A stretch of DNA of 57,608 nt from IMG/VR virus record IMGVR_UViG_3300027963_000045, one strand, 5' to 3'. The first letter of the stretch is position 1. The number at the start of each line of letters is the position of its first letter. The DNA comes from an uncultured virus (IMG/VR IMGVR_UViG_3300027963_000045) (Duplodnaviria; Heunggongvirae; Uroviricota; Caudoviricetes). The notes under the pieces were generated by a model. The model had not been told where the DNA came from. It did not search any database and saw only the letters and a program-made list of their open reading frames with translations. A program made the translations under genes and the position numbers. Positions 56,401-57,608 of this stretch are shown one piece after another.

Positions 56401-57608
56401 AACATTTAGTGCCGCAAGTTTAAGTGCAACTGGAAATATCACAGGAGGCAATTTGCTCACTGGCGGTATTTTAAGCGCAACCGGCAATGTGTCGGGTGGT
56501 AACTTGATCACTGCTGGTTTGATTACAGCCACAGGCAACGTCAACACATCAGCCGGTGTTTTAGCTACAGGTAACGTAATTGGTGGCAACTTAGTCACAG
56601 GTGGCCTAATATCAGCTACTGGAAATATTACCGGCTCAACAATATTTGGGCAACAAGCTAATATTACCGGCAATACTCACAGTGGAAATGTAATATCGTC
56701 TGGCATTATCACTGCCACTGGCAATGTGTCTGGTGGTAATTTAACAACAGCTGGTTTGATTACAGCTACAGGAAATATCAATGGTGGCAATGTTATTAGT
56801 TCTGCACTAGTACAAGGTACAACTGTAAGTGCGTCTGGTAACATTGTTGCTGGTAATGCCAATATCACTTCTGCAGTCAACTCAGCCACAGTGTCAGCTA
56901 CAGGAAATATCAATGGTGGCAATGTTATTAGTTCTGCACTAGTAGAGGGTACAACTGTAAGTGCGTCTGGTAACATTGTTGCTGGTAATGCCAATATCAC
57001 TTCTGCAGTCAACTCAGCCACAGTGTCAGCTACAGGCAATGTCACAGGTGGCAATTTAATCACTGCTGGGTTGATCACAGCAACCGGCAACATCACCGGT
57101 GGCAACTTAAACATATCTGGCCTAGCATCGGTCACTGGCAACGTAATAAGCGGTAACTTAACTACTACTGGACTAACGTCAACTACTACATTAAATGCCT
57201 CGGGCAATGCCAACGTAGGTAATTTAGGTACCAGTGGATTAATTACAGCCACAGGAAATATCAATGGCGGCAATGTTGGCACTGCCGGACAAGTAAGTGC
57301 AACAGGTAACATTACTGGTGGTAACTTGATCACTGCTGGTTTGATTACAGCAACAGGTAATGTCAACACATCGGCAGGCGTATTGGCTACTGGCAACGTC
57401 ACAGCTGGTAATTTAAACACAGGCGGAAACGTAATCACAGGCGGGTTAATTACTGCTACTGGCAACATCAGCACCGGTGCTAACTTAATTGCCAGCGGAT
57501 ATGCCACAGTAACTGGTAACGTCACAGGTGGTAATGTACTGACAGGTGGATTAATTTCAGCAACTGCCAACATCACTGGTGGCAACTTATTAACTGGCGG
57601 TTTAATTT
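53429..57608 (+). CDS. Very large repeat-rich fibre protein (>1,390 aa), runs off the right edge of the window
   Basis: Absent from the ORF track, consistent with no stop codon in the window. GGAGG SD, ATG 53429 (MAVTRIKNNQITDATV...), dozens of ~17-aa ATGNITGGNLxTxGLIS repeats and DP...QDAATKAYVD fibre motifs. Confidence 0.88.
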   Translation, partial: MAVTRIKNNQITDATVVASSKLVDYSITAAKIANNLTYNSDLTVVGNLTVQGNTTTIETTNLIVEDPLILLAKEQTAAPALDIGFIGKRGTSDNIAFVWDESSQQFVTVFTSSENTNTVITINSYASFQTLNSNVTGNLSVTGTTSATGNVTVGNIFVSGNTKTIDAGLNVIGNVQDPVSAQDAATKAYVDGFISGGITIEDDTSNTTVLALDGTLELLGTASEVEVLITNVDQVTFGLPANVTVANLLSATTLSATGNVIGGNIKTAGLVSATGNVISGNINTAGLVSATGNVISGNVVTSGAVSATGNGTFGNISTTGTFQAATLSATGNITGGNLLTGGLINATGNVTAGNLTTAGLTSTATLNASGNANVGNLGTSGLITATGNVNTSAGVLAVGNVTAGNINTGAQVLALGNITGGNIITGGVITATGGISTAAGVTATGNVTGGNLITGGAISSSGNISGANVNATGNIVPTANVTYNLGSSTAQWKDLYVGGSTIYLGNVQLKAATANTLTVTATDGTTLGSVTAATVSASGNVTGGNVLTGGLISATATITGGNLATGGTASAAGNITGGNVLTGGLISATATITGGNLATGGTATVTGNITGGNLITGGLASVSGAITSGSTISATGNITGGNLGTGGAAAISGAITSGSTISATGNITGGNLVTGGQIDATGNVNGGNVNTGAVKNTAAMTIATTAGNINLEPTGNIVLNNKYINGVSQPVQDNDAASKIYVDNMVSTQLAYHQAVLAATVGNLAAATGGAITYNNGTAGVGATLTTTGAFTLIDTANVATVGTRILVKNQADATQNGVYVYTSPTVITRSTDADTYGPNSSTDLSINDYFFVTGGNVNAGSAYIVDAPSGVITFGTSSITFAQFSSSQTYTAGNGVSINGTVISAKVDNDTTAFDGLGNIIVKAGANLTTPNIGAATGTSLSVTGNVSGGNLTTGGLISATGNITGGNVLTSGQVSATGNGTFGNISTTGTFSAASLSATGNITGGNLLTGGILSATGNVSGGNLITAGLITATGNVNTSAGVLATGNVIGGNLVTGGLISATGNITGSTIFGQQANITGNTHSGNVISSGIITATGNVSGGNLTTAGLITATGNINGGNVISSALVQGTTVSASGNIVAGNANITSAVNSATVSATGNINGGNVISSALVEGTTVSASGNIVAGNANITSAVNSATVSATGNVTGGNLITAGLITATGNITGGNLNISGLASVTGNVISGNLTTTGLTSTTTLNASGNANVGNLGTSGLITATGNINGGNVGTAGQVSATGNITGGNLITAGLITATGNVNTSAGVLATGNVTAGNLNTGGNVITGGLITATGNISTGANLIASGYATVTGNVTGGNVLTGGLISATANITGGNLLTGGLI
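56763..57036 (+). repeat. Near-perfect 132-nt tandem duplication in the fibre gene
   Basis: Unit beginning cagctacaggaaatatcaatgg at 56763 and 56895, with a partial third start at 57027; the copies differ at caaggt/gagggt. Confidence 0.9.

Noticed and set aside
54100..57608. CRISPR-like array, or real minus-strand ORFs, in the repeat region
   Set aside because: The repeats are in-frame degenerate coding repeats of the plus-strand fibre gene, and the minus ORFs are antisense shadows
1..57608. Alternative genetic code or a diversity-generating retroelement
   Set aside because: Core genes are intact under the standard code and TAG, TGA and TAA all end genes; no reverse transcriptase or adenine-specific repeat pair was seen

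Overview
A 57.6-kb, gene-dense segment of a large T4-like (contractile-tailed, probably jumbo) bacteriophage genome. From left to right it holds: (1) a minus-strand baseplate operon with a >4,200-aa wedge protein missed by the ORF track, then gp6, gp25, gp5, a hub-like protein, gp53 and a gp48-like protein; (2) a plus-strand operon with a gp55-like late sigma factor, gp47/gp46 recombination nuclease with two inserted accessory genes, a radical SAM enzyme, an SDR and a small GIY-YIG nuclease; (3) a ~435-nt highly structured non-coding element; (4) a minus-strand cluster with an Ate/Bpt-like aminoacyl-transferase domain and a gp26/gp51-like gene pair joined by a -1 slippery site; (5) a tape measure protein with a lytic transglycosylase domain, the head module (gp20, core proteins, gp21, gp22, gp23), a TPR-glycosyltransferase and a run of fibre/decoration genes ending in a large 17-aa-repeat protein. 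The best candidate for an undescribed system is the GIY-YIG gene plus the structured element immediately downstream (32815-33250), which has a pseudoknot and two TGACTG-N8-GGATGAT motifs. All protein calls rest on motif recognition and synteny by eye; no database search or folding program was run.
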